Assembly: GCA_002245135.1 (NCBI GenBank)
Contig: NGBS01000875.1
Location: forward strand, 124,001-188,000
DNA: 64,000 nt
From: Proteromonas lacertae
Lineage: Eukaryota
Direction of reading: 5' to 3'
Positions 1 through 15,364 of this stretch are shown here, one piece after another. Each line of letters begins with the position of its first letter. Within the stretch, counting starts at the first letter, position 1. The translations under genes and the position numbers were made by a program. Under the pieces are notes generated by a model. The model was not told where the DNA came from, searched no databases, and saw nothing but the letters and a program-made list of their open reading frames with translations.

Positions 1-232
1 TTTGAATATATCAGGAAATGAATTGAATGAAAAAGGATTAAGATTAATGAAAGAAAATGAAAGAATATTTGATGGTTTAAGGGAATTATCAATAACTGTA
101 AGAGAAGATGTAGATAAATTTGAATTAAAATCATTCTTAAAAACATTCTCATCAGTTAATACAATCAAACTAGATGGAATTTCAGAAGAAGAAAAGAAAG
201 AACTATCAAAAGCATTCTTCAATATTCAATAA
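1..232 (+). CDS. 3' end of a kinase-LRR family paralog (last LRR and C-terminus; partial)
   Basis: LNISGNELNE...LRELSITVREDVDKFELKSFLKTFSS...ISEEE aligns with the C-terminus of the 20255-23553 gene (INISGNVINE...LEELSITVNENIDKLSFLKTFSS...ISEEE). Confidence 0.8.
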   Translation, partial: LNISGNELNEKGLRLMKENERIFDGLRELSITVREDVDKFELKSFLKTFSSVNTIKLDGISEEEKKELSKAFFNIQ

Positions 233-561
233 TTAATATCTCATTATATTTGTTGTTTGATGGATTAAAAATAAACGAAAGAAGCTGTTATTGAAAATTC
301 TACAAGGTTATACTTAATATTTCTTCTAATAGAAAATAATATGATGTAAAGGTATTATTTTAAACTATTCTGAGTAGAATTATTCCATAACTGAAGAAGT
401 TTAAGAAGAATTTAAATTATGTGGGGTATGGAAAAAATATCAATCAAATTTGTATTTTGATCAAGCTTTTATCAATCAAATTAAAATATCATTCAAAAAC
501 CGTTTTTTCGTTTTTAATTTTTAGTATGATTAAAGCTTTATATTTCCTAGATTTTATATAA

Positions 562-2478
562 ATGGCTGAAAGTACAGCAAAGGAAATGAGATTAGCAGGA
601 GTTATTGGTTTAGATGGTATTTTTTGATACTTTTTATATTTGTTAATAGGAACAAATCCCAAAAGCATTTTATACCATCCAGATGGTTTACATATTGTTT
701 ATTCTTTGGGTTCAACTGTAGTGATTAGAAATATAACTTCAGGAAAGCAAGTATTTTTGACTGGTCATACAGATCGTGTATCGTGTTTCGATATTAGTAA
801 AGATGGTAAATACATTGCCTCTGGACAAATCACACATATGGGTTTTCTAGCTATTGTTATAGTATGGGATTTTGAAAAAGCAATACAAAATGGAAATATA
901 TACGAAGGACCTCACGAACGAGTATACACATTAGAACTACACAAAGTAAAAGTCCAAGCAGTTGCCTTTTCTCCATCAGGTGAATTCCTAACTACACTTG
1001 GTGGTCAAGATGATAATAATGTTGTCGTATGGGATATGAAGACAGGTGATGCAATCTGTGGTAGTCCATCTGCACCAGATACAAGTCTTTGTTTAGAATG
1101 GTATAACAATAGTGATGCAATATTTGTAACATGTGGACATGGAGGTATTAGAATATGGGAGTTTGATCGTCCAGGTAGAAAGATACATCCAACTGACTGT
1201 ATGTTAGGACAATATAAAAGAACATTCTGTTCCTTAGCTATTAGTGAATCAGATGAATCAATCTTTGCAGGTACTTTAACAGGTGATATATTAAGAGTAA
1301 GTGGTAATACTGCTAGATTAATATGTGCAGGTGATAAACGATATTCATTAGGAGTTACATCATTAAGATCATATACATGTGGTTCAGGTAATAGAGCAAT
1401 GGATTACTTAATGTTTGGTACAGGAGATGGTATGATTGGTAGATGTAAAAGCTATGATAGAGAAATGAAACAAGAGTTTGTACAACAAGTAGATGGTGGT
1501 GTTACTGCTATTACAATAAGTCCTGATTTCAAGAAAATAATGATTAGTACAAATATGGGTAATAGATATGAAGCTCCAATAGAGAATATGAAACCAACAT
1601 TGAAAGAAACATCTCATCATTCTCAAATTAATGATGTTGCATTCCCACAAGGATGTTCTGAATTATTTGCAACTTGTAGTAAAGGTGAAATTAGATTATG
1701 GAATAGTCGAAATCGTAAGGAGTTATTACGTATTAGAGTTCCAAATCAAGATTGTTTATCTGTATTTATATCTCCAGATGGTAAATCAATAGTTAGTGGT
1801 TGGGATGATGGTAAAATCAGAGCATTTTATCCAGAAAGTGGTAAGTTATTATACGTTATTCATGATGCTCATCAAGAGGGTGTTACTGCATTAGATATGA
1901 CTCAAGATAGCCAGTTTATATTGAGTGGAGGAACAGATGGACAAGTCAGATTATGGAGGTTATTGCCACAGAAACAAAGAATGGAAGTGTCACTTAAAGA
2001 ACATAAAGGAGGAGTTAACTTCATAAGAATCAGAAGTGATGGTTTACAAGCAATCTCTGCCTCTAATGATGGTTCTTGTTTGATATGGGATATGAAAAGA
2101 TTCATTAGATTAGCTGCAGTATATGCAAGCACTATGTTTAAATGTGCTTTATACCATCCAGATCATAGTCAGTTCTTAACTTGTGGAAGTGATAGAAAGA
2201 TTACATATTGGGATGCTGTTGATGCTAATGCAATAAGAATAGTTACACCTAAAGGATGTGATAGTGAGTTGACTACTTTAGATATTACAGCAGACGGTGC
2301 TCATTTTGTAAGTGGAGGAGGTGATAAAGTGATAAGAATATGGGATTATGATGAAGGTTTTGTGGATATGGAAGGACATGGACATTCAGGAAGTATAACT
2401 AGAGCTGTCTATACACCTGATCAGAAGAATGTAGTATCTGTTGGAGCTGAAGGTGGTATTTTTATATGGAATCTTTAA
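562..2478 (+). CDS. CFAP52: Cilia- and flagella-associated protein 52 (WDR16), WD40 microtubule inner protein
   Basis: ATG 562, intron 617-649, then a WD40-repeat ORF. Carries CFAP52-type motifs LAGVIG, YIASGQITHMGF, LGGQDDN, SGWDDGKIRAFYPESG, LKEHKG, GSDRKITYWD, VSVGAEGGIFIW. Confidence 0.92.
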
Positions 2479-2610
2479 TTATCTTTAATATTATATTCAT
2501 CATCTTTATTATTTGCTTTTTTTTTTTAATTAAATATATATTTTGTTTGTTAAATATTCAAAATTATATATAAAGAAACAAATTTTAAATTCAAATTAAC
2601 TAAATTTACC

Positions 2611-3656
2611 TCAGCATATTAAGCCATCTTCATTAATACTATATGTACAACTCATATTCATATTTGGCCCTTTTAAAACACTCATTTTAAACAAATTATT
2701 ATTCAAATTCTCTAACAAATACTCTCTATCACTTACATAACTCCATATAACACCATTACCTACTTTATATTCGATTCTATTATCATTTGTTATATTACTA
2801 GTTGCTGCATTTGTTAATATTATTCCTATATTATACCTCGAACTAATCTCATGAATTAATTGATTAAATACAATAATATCTTGTTGAACTAATGAAATAA
2901 TAATAAATATATAATAATGAAAAAATACTGTTTTTATATTCATTATTTTCATATTGATTTGATAATAACAAAGGGTTTATACTATCAATTACAATTAATC
3001 TTAAACTATTATAAAATATATTATTGTTTCTTTCCATATTGTTTATTACTGAAATTAAGAACAATTTTAATTCATTTAATCGAAATACTCGTTTTATTCT
3101 TATTGCCTCTAATAATTTCATTTTCATATTAATATTCTAAAAAATTAATTAAAAAGTAATTATACTATATTTGTCCCTATTTGTTTGATTATTTTCAGTA
3201 TATCAAAATTATTACTAGAATCAATATATATCACATTTCCTTCATTTTTCATTACATTATAACATATCAAATGACAGAGACTGCTTTTACCTGTTCCACT
3301 TGATCCACTAAACTCATTTACACAATTACTGTATATTCCATTATCTAATAGCATATCAATACTTTCTATATTCAATGGAAATATCACATTAACACTTTTA
3401 GCTTTTTGTAAGTAACTTAATCCACTATTTGCTTTAATACTATACTTTTCTATTACATAACATCTTAAATGGTTTAACAACTACAATAGAAATATATGAT
3501 AAACAAAAAATATACATCACAAGATAAACCACTATTTTTACTTAAACTATCAATATTTCTTTCTAAAAACCCTTCAACTGTTCGAATTGGAGGATCTACA
3601 TTCGATAAACTATTAATAATTTTATCATCACATCCTATAGACAAAAGAGAAGGCAT
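2611..3656 (-). CDS. RAD51D: RAD51 paralog, RAD51D-like
   Basis: ATG 3656; introns about 3481-3515, 3137-3165, 2889-2928. Walker A GSSGTGKS, VIYIDSSNNF, Walker B LIVIDSI, IILTN; short RAD51D-like N-terminal domain. Confidence 0.7.
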
Positions 3657-3911
3657 TTTTATATTTTTAAGAAATCCCGCCAAAACTCAGATCATGAATG
3701 TAATTTACATTCTTTATACTTATTGTTGGTAATTAATTAAATTGAAGTGTATATACCAATTCAGAATACAAAATTGGAAGTTCTGAAATTTAAAAAGTAA
3801 TTAATAAAATTCTACAACAACCTTAATGCATGAATTAGATTTATTAAGTAATCAATACATAAACATTAACCAAATATTAACAACAACAATAATATAGACT
3901 AATTATCTCAT

Positions 3912-6900
3912 TTACTGATTCAACATTCCAACACTTCCATATTCTATTGCCAATAATATATTCTTTTTCATTGTCTCATAATCACTATAAGGAGGTAAAT
4001 CCACTAAAAAGAAACAAGTATGAGCTGTTGGTAATTGAGATGGATCTCCAGCTTTTCTAATCTTGAATTTAGTTGCCCAATTATAAGTACATGGAATTCT
4101 TGTTACTCCCCATACAAAATAAATCCAACTACTCTTTTGCTCTTCAGTCAATTCATTCATCACAATCCAGAAATTGTTTATTACATCATCATCTTCATTA
4201 TATCCTTCATATTGAGTGTTTCTCTTTAATGCAGATATATCAATTTCTTGACTTCCGCATATGAAATATTCTAATTCTGATACACTTAAGAAATATAAAA
4301 CATTTTCGTGTATAACACTATACAAACCATCTCTCATTGAATCAATTTGTTTATCAAATTCATTTATTCTGAATTTATATATTTTATCTAACATTTCATC
4401 TCGATTTTCTAATGTTAATGAGATGTTTGATCCACCATCAATAAATTCTTCATATTCACCTATGAAATTAGATACAACACATTTCGTATCTTCATCAACT
4501 ACATATGGGAAATCTTCATCAGAACATTCTTTAATACTGTTTATATAATTCACTATTATTGGATCAATAAATTCTAAATCTTTCATTGTTATATCTTCTG
4601 TTTTTCCTAACAATTTCTTCCATACTAAAGGTGGGAATGAGAATGGTAATGATAAATCATATCTTAATGATATTCCCATCAGTATTCCAATGAATTTATA
4701 CATATTTAATAAACTTGGACATTTCCATTTAGGATATGGCACAAATGTACCTGTTTTTCCACAATTTAACATTAATTTCAAATTTGGATTGAATATACTA
4801 CTTACAATCTGAGTTATTGAATCTCTAAATAAACCACCAGCATCAATTCCTTCTTCACCTTTATACATAACAGTCATAAAGAATTTATTACATTTAAACA
4901 ATTCTATAGGTTGATCTTTTAATTGTAAATACGCTTGAATAAACATTGAATGACTATGTAATGGATTATCAAATACTACACTCTCTTCTTGTTTTGCAGC
5001 TAATGAATCAAATAATACTGGAACTGGATTAATATCTACTGCATTCTGTTTTAAAATTGTGGATATGAAAGTAAATTTTTGTAAACGAGGTAATAGATAA
5101 AGTGATTCTTTCATTTGATTTCCTAAACAATTTGGATATTTTAATGAGAAATCTACTAATAAATAGAATATTTCCCATAATTGTATGAATTCATCAATTA
5201 ATCTAAGTCTAAAATCTCTCAATAATTGTGGATAACTACATAATAATGGATATTTCTTCTCAAATCCTTCTTCTTGTCGGAAATGAATACCACCTCCTAG
5301 TTTATTGGCATTATAATATTTTATAATCTCTAAATCAGCTTCTATTGGCCATTTATGCATTTTTTCATATAAACTTAATATCTCTTCTTTGTTCTGATTT
5401 ACAACATTAGATAACTTATCTCTCGGGAATCTACAAATTGAATCTACAATTACTGAAATACCATAGTATTCTTTATCTGTTGGAAAAACAGCACCTTCTT
5501 CTTTTGTTATTGAGAGACTAAATCCACTACATGTAGCTTTTATTATTGGTTGATATGGAGGTTTCACTATATGTTTTTGTTCTCCAATTTTTATCATTAA
5601 ATGATATTTGGGTGGTAATCTAAAACGAGGATCAAAGAATATTCTACATTGCTCAGCACCAGGTATTGAATATGTGCAATTAAAACTATCATCTCTAATT
5701 GGATGATCAGAATTAAACTCTTTTACTACAAAGTAATTATTAAACCAGAAAGTACAGAAAAAATCTTCTGGAAAGTATTGCTGATTTAATCCTCTAAACC
5801 ATAATGGTGCAAATAATAAACTAATTTCAACTAAATCTTCTTGTTTTGTTAAATCTTTTAATGGTTCAAATGAGAAGTTTTCTAATGTTGGTTTTTCTGT
5901 TCTTATTGATTTTGTTACTTGATTATTGATATTTTTCATATGATATAATATTTCAGCGAAATATTTATATCTGTTTGATAAGGCAGAGTTCTTTTGCATT
6001 AATATACTAAATATAGAAAATACATCAGATATTGGTTCTAAATCAATTGTATAATCAGATGGGAAAACGTCAGGAGATGATAGTAACAATAACAACATCT
6101 TAATACTTTCAATATTACCATATTCTTTTAATTCATGGATTAATGATGTATATAACTCAATATTAATCTGTTTATGTTTATATATATCTATCATTTTACT
6201 ATTAAACAATGATTCACATAACCATAAACCCCATTTTCTATCAGGTATACTGTTTATATCATCTTCAGTTGTCCATTTATGAACTGGTAATTCTCTCACC
6301 TCAAATCTAAACCCCCATGTTTGTTGATTTCCTTTTAATAAATATTTGAACCACACTGTATCTCCATCTATTACTAATGGAGGAAATACTCCATTATTAC
6401 CACTATATATGACACTATTATTAAAATTTTCATCTCCTGATAATAACAAATAACTATTTCCATTACTACCAAAATCTGTATTTAAATCGAATATAACTAT
6501 CAATCTTTTTGCTTCATTTAAATGTACTTTACCTGAATATGATACTGGCATTTGAATGGGATGTAGACTTTCTTTAATTACATAATTATCACTTATTGTT
6601 GTATAATCATTATCTTTAATATGATTCAATATTTGATGCATTATTATATCATATAATCTATTCTGAAACTCTTTATCTTTACTCCACAAGAATAAATTAT
6701 GAAATAGATTTGTTTCATATATTGTACTATCAAGTGTATTATTCATTACATTTCCAATCATTAAACGAGAAAATAAGTCCATTATATAATCAGTAGGAGA
6801 TTGTTTTATTTTAGCTATTAATCTTTCATAAGATTTATCATTTGTCAATATATTTAATAATATTCCTTGTGAATAATATCTTTCTAATGATGAAATATAA

Positions 6901-9900
6901 GCGATTATTTGTGATATTGTTGCTTGTTTATTCACTATATTTCCATCTTTCATTGTAGAAACACTCAATCGATCAAATGGGCAATTTTCTTTCCATTTCA
7001 TTCCTGTTAATGGATTGTAGAATAATACTGTTACATCTTTCTTAGATTCAGTATCTTCAACTACTCTTCCAGTCTTTTCAGCATATATATTATTCTCATT
7101 ATCTTGACTAGTAAATGAAACTACAGTTCCTTTTTTAATCACTTCATCTTCAGGTAATAATGAATAATGGATGTTATAATGATTATTATAATTTCTTTTA
7201 CTTTCAAAATCAGTCTTTTTTACACAATAATCAAACCATACATCTTTATCTTTGTATATATGAGTATATTGTATTCTTTCTCTATTTGGTTCAGGAGTAT
7301 ACTGAAGATTCATCACATTCAATGCAAGAAATATACCAGTAAAATTTTCAGGATTGTCATTCATCATTTCAACTAATATATTTTTTACATAAATTGGATA
7401 ATCAAATTGATTTAATAATTGTTCAGCTACATGAGAAATAATATTTGTTTTATCCTCATTCTTATTACCAACACTGACAAGAATTATATTCAATAAATCA
7501 CTAACAGCTAATAATTTATCATCATTATTTCTTTTCAAGGCACTAATACATTCATTTAATGAAAATCCTTTCAAACAGGTTTGAAGAGTCATACCCAAGT
7601 TAAATTCTTCTTTACTACATCGCATAGAAGGTTCTTCTGGGTTATAAGATGTATGCTCATTTGACAATTCAATAATTTGTTGATGTAATTGATTTATTAA
7701 CATTTCACGATCATCTTTAGATAAAATTGGAATATATGACAAACCTGTAGTTTGATTTATTAAATAATTGATTATAACATTATTATTTAATAATTGAGAA
7801 TTCAATTCTGCATTATTGGATTGGTCACCTATGATTTTCATAATTTTATATTTTAAGGAATGAATTATAAATCGATTTTCTCTATTATATGATTGATTTG
7901 TATCATCAATACTTAATACAGTTTGTATTAATTCAAATATAGAATGAATATCTAATATATCAGTTAGAGATGGTGGATTGATTGTATTACATACAACTAC
8001 ATCATTCTTATTATAATGAAAAACTTCATCAGCATAATTCTCACTAAATAACAATCCAATATCATTAATATAAGGATCATATGATATGATTGTACCAATT
8101 TCATTAGTTGGCTTATAAATAGCTTTACCACCTTCTCTATATACTTCAGTAAAACCTCCTAATACAGATAATACACCAAAAATACAACTCAATTCATCGC
8201 CAACTTTACTTGTCTCTAAATAATGCTTTACTGTATTTTTAACATCACCTAATAAGGATTGGAAGAATGATTTACTTGCTTCTTTCCATGATTTCTCATT
8301 AAGTAAATGTCTAATCAACGTAACTGTATCACAAGCCAATATTTGGTGTGTATATCCTTCACCAGGTAATATTAATTCATTATTCTTCTCTGACTCATAT
8401 AATTCACCATTTACTGAATATAAATGACCAATCAACATTAAGAATGGTTTAATTAGCTTCTTGAAATAATCAGAACTTGGACATTTCATCTTTAACAATG
8501 TTATTTGTAAATACTTCATTATATCATGTTTCAATGGAGGTAATCCATGCATTATTCCTAAAATGAATAATTCTAAATATTCTTTAATCATTCCACTATG
8601 AAAATCACCACTTTGGTTTAAGGATATTAATTTCACTAAATCAGACATTCTGTTTTCTATTTCAACACGCTCTAATATTTTATTGGCTATATTACTTTCA
8701 TCTGTATAATAACCATGTAACAATGTAAACTCTTTCTTAATAAAATCTTTTATATATTTATTCCAACCAAATAAATCAACTGGACAGGATAAATCATATC
8801 TATCTTTATTCGTTATTAAATCTGGTCTTCTTTCATTCAAATCATGCTTGATTGAGAATGTGTTTAACATCAAAAAGTTATGTAAATTATTACAATAATC
8901 ACTAATCGTTCTGAATATAAATGATTTTAATATATTATTATTAAATCCATTATTCTTATGCTCTTCTAATACTTCACATTTTTCCAACTCTTTTGTTATG
9001 ATTTTAATAGATTGTGAATATGTTAAAACACAATTTTCTTTTATACCAAATTCTTTACCTAAACCATCAAGAAAATCATTTAAACAGACTTGATTTCTTA
9101 ATAATCCTTTTATCTCTCTTATAGAAATCTTACCATTAGATAATAACTCCAATAGTTTTGAAGCCGTTGGTAAATTTCTAATATTCCAATTAGACATGAA
9201 TAAATCAGGAGTATAACATATTTCTTTATTCTTATTCTCAATTATAATTTGTTCGATAAGTGAAGATATTTCTGAGAATTTCTTCAATGTTTGCGGGAAT
9301 TGATATTTCAATATATTAGAGAAGTCTTTATCTTGATAATCTAATGTTAAACACCATAATATTGTATAAAACAAAGTTCCATTATATTTACGATTCTCAA
9401 TCATATTATGTATCATTTTAATCATTTTATCAAACACTTTCCAGAATGTATTACCAACCAATTTACGATATGCTGCTGGTACTCCATATAGATTAGTTAA
9501 ATAATGATGTTTAGATGTAATTGCATTGATTATATTGAATTTATCTTCACTGATTGGACCTCTAAATGCTGGTCTTATATACTTTAATACTTCATATTTA
9601 CCAATATCAGATTTCAAACTATCTAATAAATATGATAAACTTTCCAATCCTTTATATCTTATTAATGCTCTTTCTTTTCTAATTGCAATAAAGTGATTTA
9701 ATAGCAGTAAATCTGGAGAATTATCATTAGTTAGAATATTAACACTTTCATCAATAATCTGTTGCATTTCATCAGATACTGGATTAATTTGATAGCTATC
9801 ATCAACTTTCAATGTTTTACTTAAATCAATTACTTGTTCAAATTGATTAAGATATCTTTGGTTTTGTTGAGCTGATGATGAAATTGAAGGATTTGAATAT

Positions 9901-12900
9901 AAAGATCTTTTCAAGAGTGAATGACTTAACATGCTTTTATTTAGATTTGATCTTCTACTCATAAAAATACTATTCTTTATATTGTTTTCTTCTTTTAAAC
10001 TTGATAAACAGGTATTTTCTTCATCTCTACAAGATGTAAATGTTAATAAAAATCTCAATTTGTCGGTATTATTATTGACTAATAAATTAGCTTGAGTTTC
10101 CCAATTATCAGGATCATCTTGTTTATAATCATTATATTTACCATCTATATATCTTCTTAAGGTTATTACTGCTTTCCATATTTCCTGACAATTCTTTTTA
10201 ATACATTCTAGATTCGTTTTAGCCACAGTGAATGAAGATATTAGCAAATGTATATCATCTATTATATCACACTGTTTTACTAGAAAACCAAGGAATAATC
10301 TTTCTATTATTATATTTGGCTTACTTCTTAAAATTATATTCTGTTTGAATGTTTTATCAAACCATTCATATATCTTTGTTCCAGTTTCATCTTTCAAATC
10401 AATAATATTTGTAACTATTTTCTGTAATTCATCATCAACTGTCAATTCAGGAAATTGAATATCTTTTGTAACTAAATCAGTAATTTCAGGTCCAGATTGT
10501 AATATATATGAATTATCCCAAGGAATTACTTTCTCTTCCTCTTCATCTATTGGTAAACTAGCAATACTTGTATTACATAATAAACCACATATACTAGTCA
10601 ATATTCTTTCACATTCATAATAGAATGGGATTTTATTATCATGAATTATATCAGTAAAATAGATTTCTATATCAATATTACCTTTTAAGAAGAATAACAA
10701 TGATATTGGACCATTTATATCTATTCTACATAATGGATTCATATCACTATTTCCATAGATATAACCATAATTTGTATTTTCAAAACTAACCATCATATTA
10801 CCATTAGATGTATTGATTCTTACATGAATTATTGAACCTAATTCTAAGTCCATTGCTTGACATATTCTCTTTTCATTATTCTTTAATAAATAACCATTTG
10901 TTGATATTAAATATCCATAAGTTTCTTCATTTTCTTTATTGGATAATTGATTAGTAAAACCAAATAACAGTTCAGAATTGGGTTGATTTGATTTGATTTG
11001 TATAATGTAATCAATTATGATGTTATTATTCATTGTTGTAAATATATATCTATTATCACTACAACTAATCTGTTGAACATTTGGACCAATAGAATCATTT
11101 ACTTCATCTTCAGTTAGATTTTGAAAATGTAAAGGTGGTAATAATGGTGGAACAAATTCAGATTTCTTTAATACATAGAATGTGGCAGTTCCATAGGATA
11201 TTAATACTTTGTTCTGTTGTATTTGTAAATCTCTTTCTTGTTTATCTTCCTTCAATTTTTCATTCTTTTCTTCCACTATTTCAACAAGATTAGATCTATA
11301 GTTCAATATCTTTGAATAATTTGGATTATTAAACCATACATCTCCACATTGCATACATTCACCACAACTTATCTGATACTTTACTCCTTTATTCAAATAC
11401 AATGGAAATGGTAAATTCTCATAAGCATAACCTAAAGTATCAATATTACTGTATTGATCTACAGTAACTATACCAATCACTTCATTATTCAATAACAATT
11501 TCAATACATGTGGTCTATGTAAGATTCTTTGACCATCTACTAAACTAACAGCTCTACCAAGTGAATATATAATTAGATCTTCTTTAGGAATGAATGAATA
11601 CCCATATTCAGCAGTTAATACATCACAATTTCCATTTTGTATTGATAAGTTGATATTATATGGTGTAGATCTAAAATCTTTAGTTTCCCAACACAATTCA
11701 TTCTGTGATATTGTTATTTGATCATTTTTATTAAAGTTTTCATCAATTTTATGAAATACTTCATCCCATTGTTTTGTTATATTAATAAATGATTCTAGAA
11801 TACCATTTATCATTTTTACATTATTTGAATGAGTATAAACAAATATCATAAAATCATTCATCATTTTACCACATGGTGAAATAACTATGTTATATTCAAT
11901 AAGTGAATAATCGCCAGCTTCTTTTGATTTATTTATTAAATTACTCACATTTTTTAATATTAATCTAGAATAATTAATGATACTACTCTCATCTTCATCA
12001 ATATTCAATTCAGACAAATAATGTGATTGGAATATCACTAAGAAATCAGTTATTGCTTTTAATTGATCTTGTAATTCACTAATACTTTCACCACTTAATA
12101 ATAAATCAATTATCATTATAAACTTCTCTTCTGCTAATTGTAATAATGTCTTAAATAATTCCAATATATATTTCATATTCTTATCTAAATCTAAAAAGAA
12201 TGAACTAACAATTAATGGAGATTTTGACAATTTCATTAATAGAAATGGTAATACAATATTATAACTATGTTGTAGAATAAAATTGACTCTGGATTTTGTT
12301 GTTGGGAATAACAATGTATATCCTTCTACTATTGTATTAATCATTAATTCAAGACTATCTTGTGGTAATACTGTGGCACTTTTTGTTAATTCTATCAAAA
12401 ATTCCTTCATATTATCTGTTAGCTGGATAGAATCATTCTTCTTTATCCATAAACCACATTCAATTGGATCAAGTCTTTGCGAAATGAATTGTCTGAAATT
12501 AGATTGAATTAATTTCAATAATTCTTGATAAATTTTAATGTATTGTTTATCTGATGTGTTAAAAAATTTCATCAACTTGTTGAAAGATATAATAACATCA
12601 TCTGATAGACTATACCATAATGGTAGATTAGGTGTTAAATAGATAGAAGATCTTGGTATATAAATAGAAGTATCGTTGATTAATGAAAATTCACTTTTTA
12701 CAAATGATAATATATCTTTTATATCATCAGGAATATTACTTGAATCAATAAGTTTGGCTTGATCAAGATTCATAAAATAAGTATCATATACACCAAATAT
12801 GAATTTATTATCATCATCTTGTGATGCAATCTTAATTTTAATTGACTTCACACCGTTTAATGAAATTTCAAAAAAAACACTCTCATCTTTTTCAACTTTA

Positions 12901-15096
12901 CATGTAAATAATTCATTCTCTTTATCATCAATAATTGCAACATCACATGAACCACTCTCAAATGACATATCTTCTCCACTACAATTAATTCCAAAATTAC
13001 CTCGTAATAAGGACATATCATTTGTTTCAATAGTTATTATATATTCATCACTTTCATTATCTTCATCTTCATTATCCTCTTCATTTTCATTATCATATCC
13101 AACTTTTATAGTAATGGAATTCTTCTGTAAAATATTATCTAATACCAATCGCCTAATTGAATAACAATTCTTTGGTTCATATGAAATACCTGACATTGAT
13201 GATATCTTTTGCGGAATTAATGGATTATCATAACAATAGAATGATAATAAAGACACTTGGCATATACCTAATAATAAAACACATGGATAGTATATCACAC
13301 TATCATTTAGCTGATATAAACTAAATGATTCACCTCCATTTATACAGAATAATAAACAATGAGATTGTAAATTCATTGTTATTGTTATTATATCACTTTC
13401 ACTCATTTTAGGAAGTGATGTTTTTAATATTCTTTCACCATGATATAAATTACCATCATATGATAGTAAAAGCCAATAATCATCTGAATTATGAGATGTT
13501 GAAGATGGATATAAAGTTGTAGATATACCAAAACAAGATGATGAGCATTCTTTATCTCTATCATAATCTAATCGAAATGACCAACTATACACTGAATTCC
13601 TACTCATTGGTATATTTAATAATGCATATGCATTCTTTTGTGTTGCTGTCATTGTCACTGTATAAGGTGATACAAACTCTATTCCTGAGCTCGAATGCTT
13701 TGGATCAAACGATACATCAATACTTCTTCTAAATAACATATCATTGTCAAATCCTTCTAAAAATATATTTTTCTTTTCATTTTTTAACCATTTCATATGT
13801 TCAATACATTTAGATTTTACATTATTCCATAAGGTTTTATCACTGCTTGATAATATATTATAAAATAACATTAAAAATGAATTTAAACAACCACTTGCTT
13901 GCGAATACAGTAATAACGATTCAAATGATAATAATGGTTCAATATATCTTACATTATTCATTAAACTCATATGTTTCTTCAACAATACATCATTTGATGG
14001 TTGATTAGAATTACTGTATAATTCAATTCTTTTTACATTCACAGAGAATGGTTTAGTACAATCTAAACAGGAGAATATAAACTTCAAATGTAACAATTTA
14101 TCTTCTTTATCAAGTGTAATTATTGTACAGTTATTATCAATCACCTGATTAATTGTATTTGTACCATTATTTGTTGTTACAACAATACGCATATGTAAAG
14201 GTTGAGTATAAATCATAAATATAATCTATAGGATGTTAATGAAATGATTGTTGTTATTATACCTTTATATATTTAACAGCTACACTTCCAACATTTACAT
14301 CTCCTTCCCAATAAACTGTTTTTGAAGCTTCAATAAGACCAGTAAACCAAACATTATCATCATCTACTAATACAGATGTAGATTTTGTAATTCCATTTGA
14401 TTTGATTGATTCTGAATTGAATGTAACTTCTTCACCACTTTTGATTGATCTTGGGGATAACTCATCATATAATGATAATGGAACTAGTGCTTCTAATTCT
14501 GATATTACTCCTTCAAGAATTGGTTTTATCTTATTCTTGTCTTGTTTTTCTAATGCACTGAAATCAAATAAGCTAAACAAATAATCATCATTTCTTATTT
14601 GAAATGATTCAGATAAGTAAGGCTTCTCTAATTCATGGTGTAACTGAGTGATTACTTCAATAATCTCATCTTTTCTCTATAACATTATATTATATATTAT
14701 ATACCACCTTCATTTGTTCTAATTTTTGAGTTAATTCTGATGGTGGTGGAGATTGGAGTGTCATCTTACATAATAGTAAGATTTCTTCAATACAACGATA
14801 AAAATCATTATTTACACCATTTCTAATATAAATAAACATAATAATTTATACATCATTCTTTCTAAAGCTCTATTTTTCAGGTTTTCATAGAAATGCTCAT
14901 TTAAAAACCCAAAATTATATTCCATCTTTGGGTTGTTCTGTAGCTTACCAGGATTATACTGGTTTTGTATGATTTGCTCATTCATGAGATTTTCATACTT
15001 TTCATAAATGTGAAGTAGATTTGACTCGTTTGTTAAGTTAGCTTGCTTAATAGGGTCACTCATGGCATTATTCACCATGGATAAAACATCTCCCAT
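3912..15096 (-). CDS. Giant HECT E3 ubiquitin ligase (about 3700 aa) with SPRY-like, UBA-like and CUB-like modules
   Basis: ORFs 14812-15096, 14257-14580 and 3912-14216 are joined by short introns. C-terminal HECT: GEEGIDAGGLFRD, FVWG, LPTAHTCFFLVDLPPY with catalytic Cys. Confidence 0.9.
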
Positions 15097-15364
15097 TTTT
15101 TATGTGTTTTATTCCTCTTTAAATCAAAAAAGATGTAAAATTTCTAAATATTTTTAATCCCTCAACTTCTTAAAATCAATATGAAACATCTTTAGAATGA
15201 CTTGTAGCTTACTTAAATAGAATAAAATGTGGTGTACGCAACTGACTACACAGTCATTTATAACAATCTATAAATTATGAATTATTTCAACTTTTTATTC
15301 ATTATGATAAGATTTTAATAATCAAACAAAAGCTAAAAAGTATTAATAACGAAAAATATTAGAA

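Noticed and set aside
4035..13732. Short plus-strand ORFs antisense to the HECT gene (and similar shadow ORFs elsewhere)
   Set aside because: Low-complexity antisense or off-frame by-products of biased codon usage, with no motifs.
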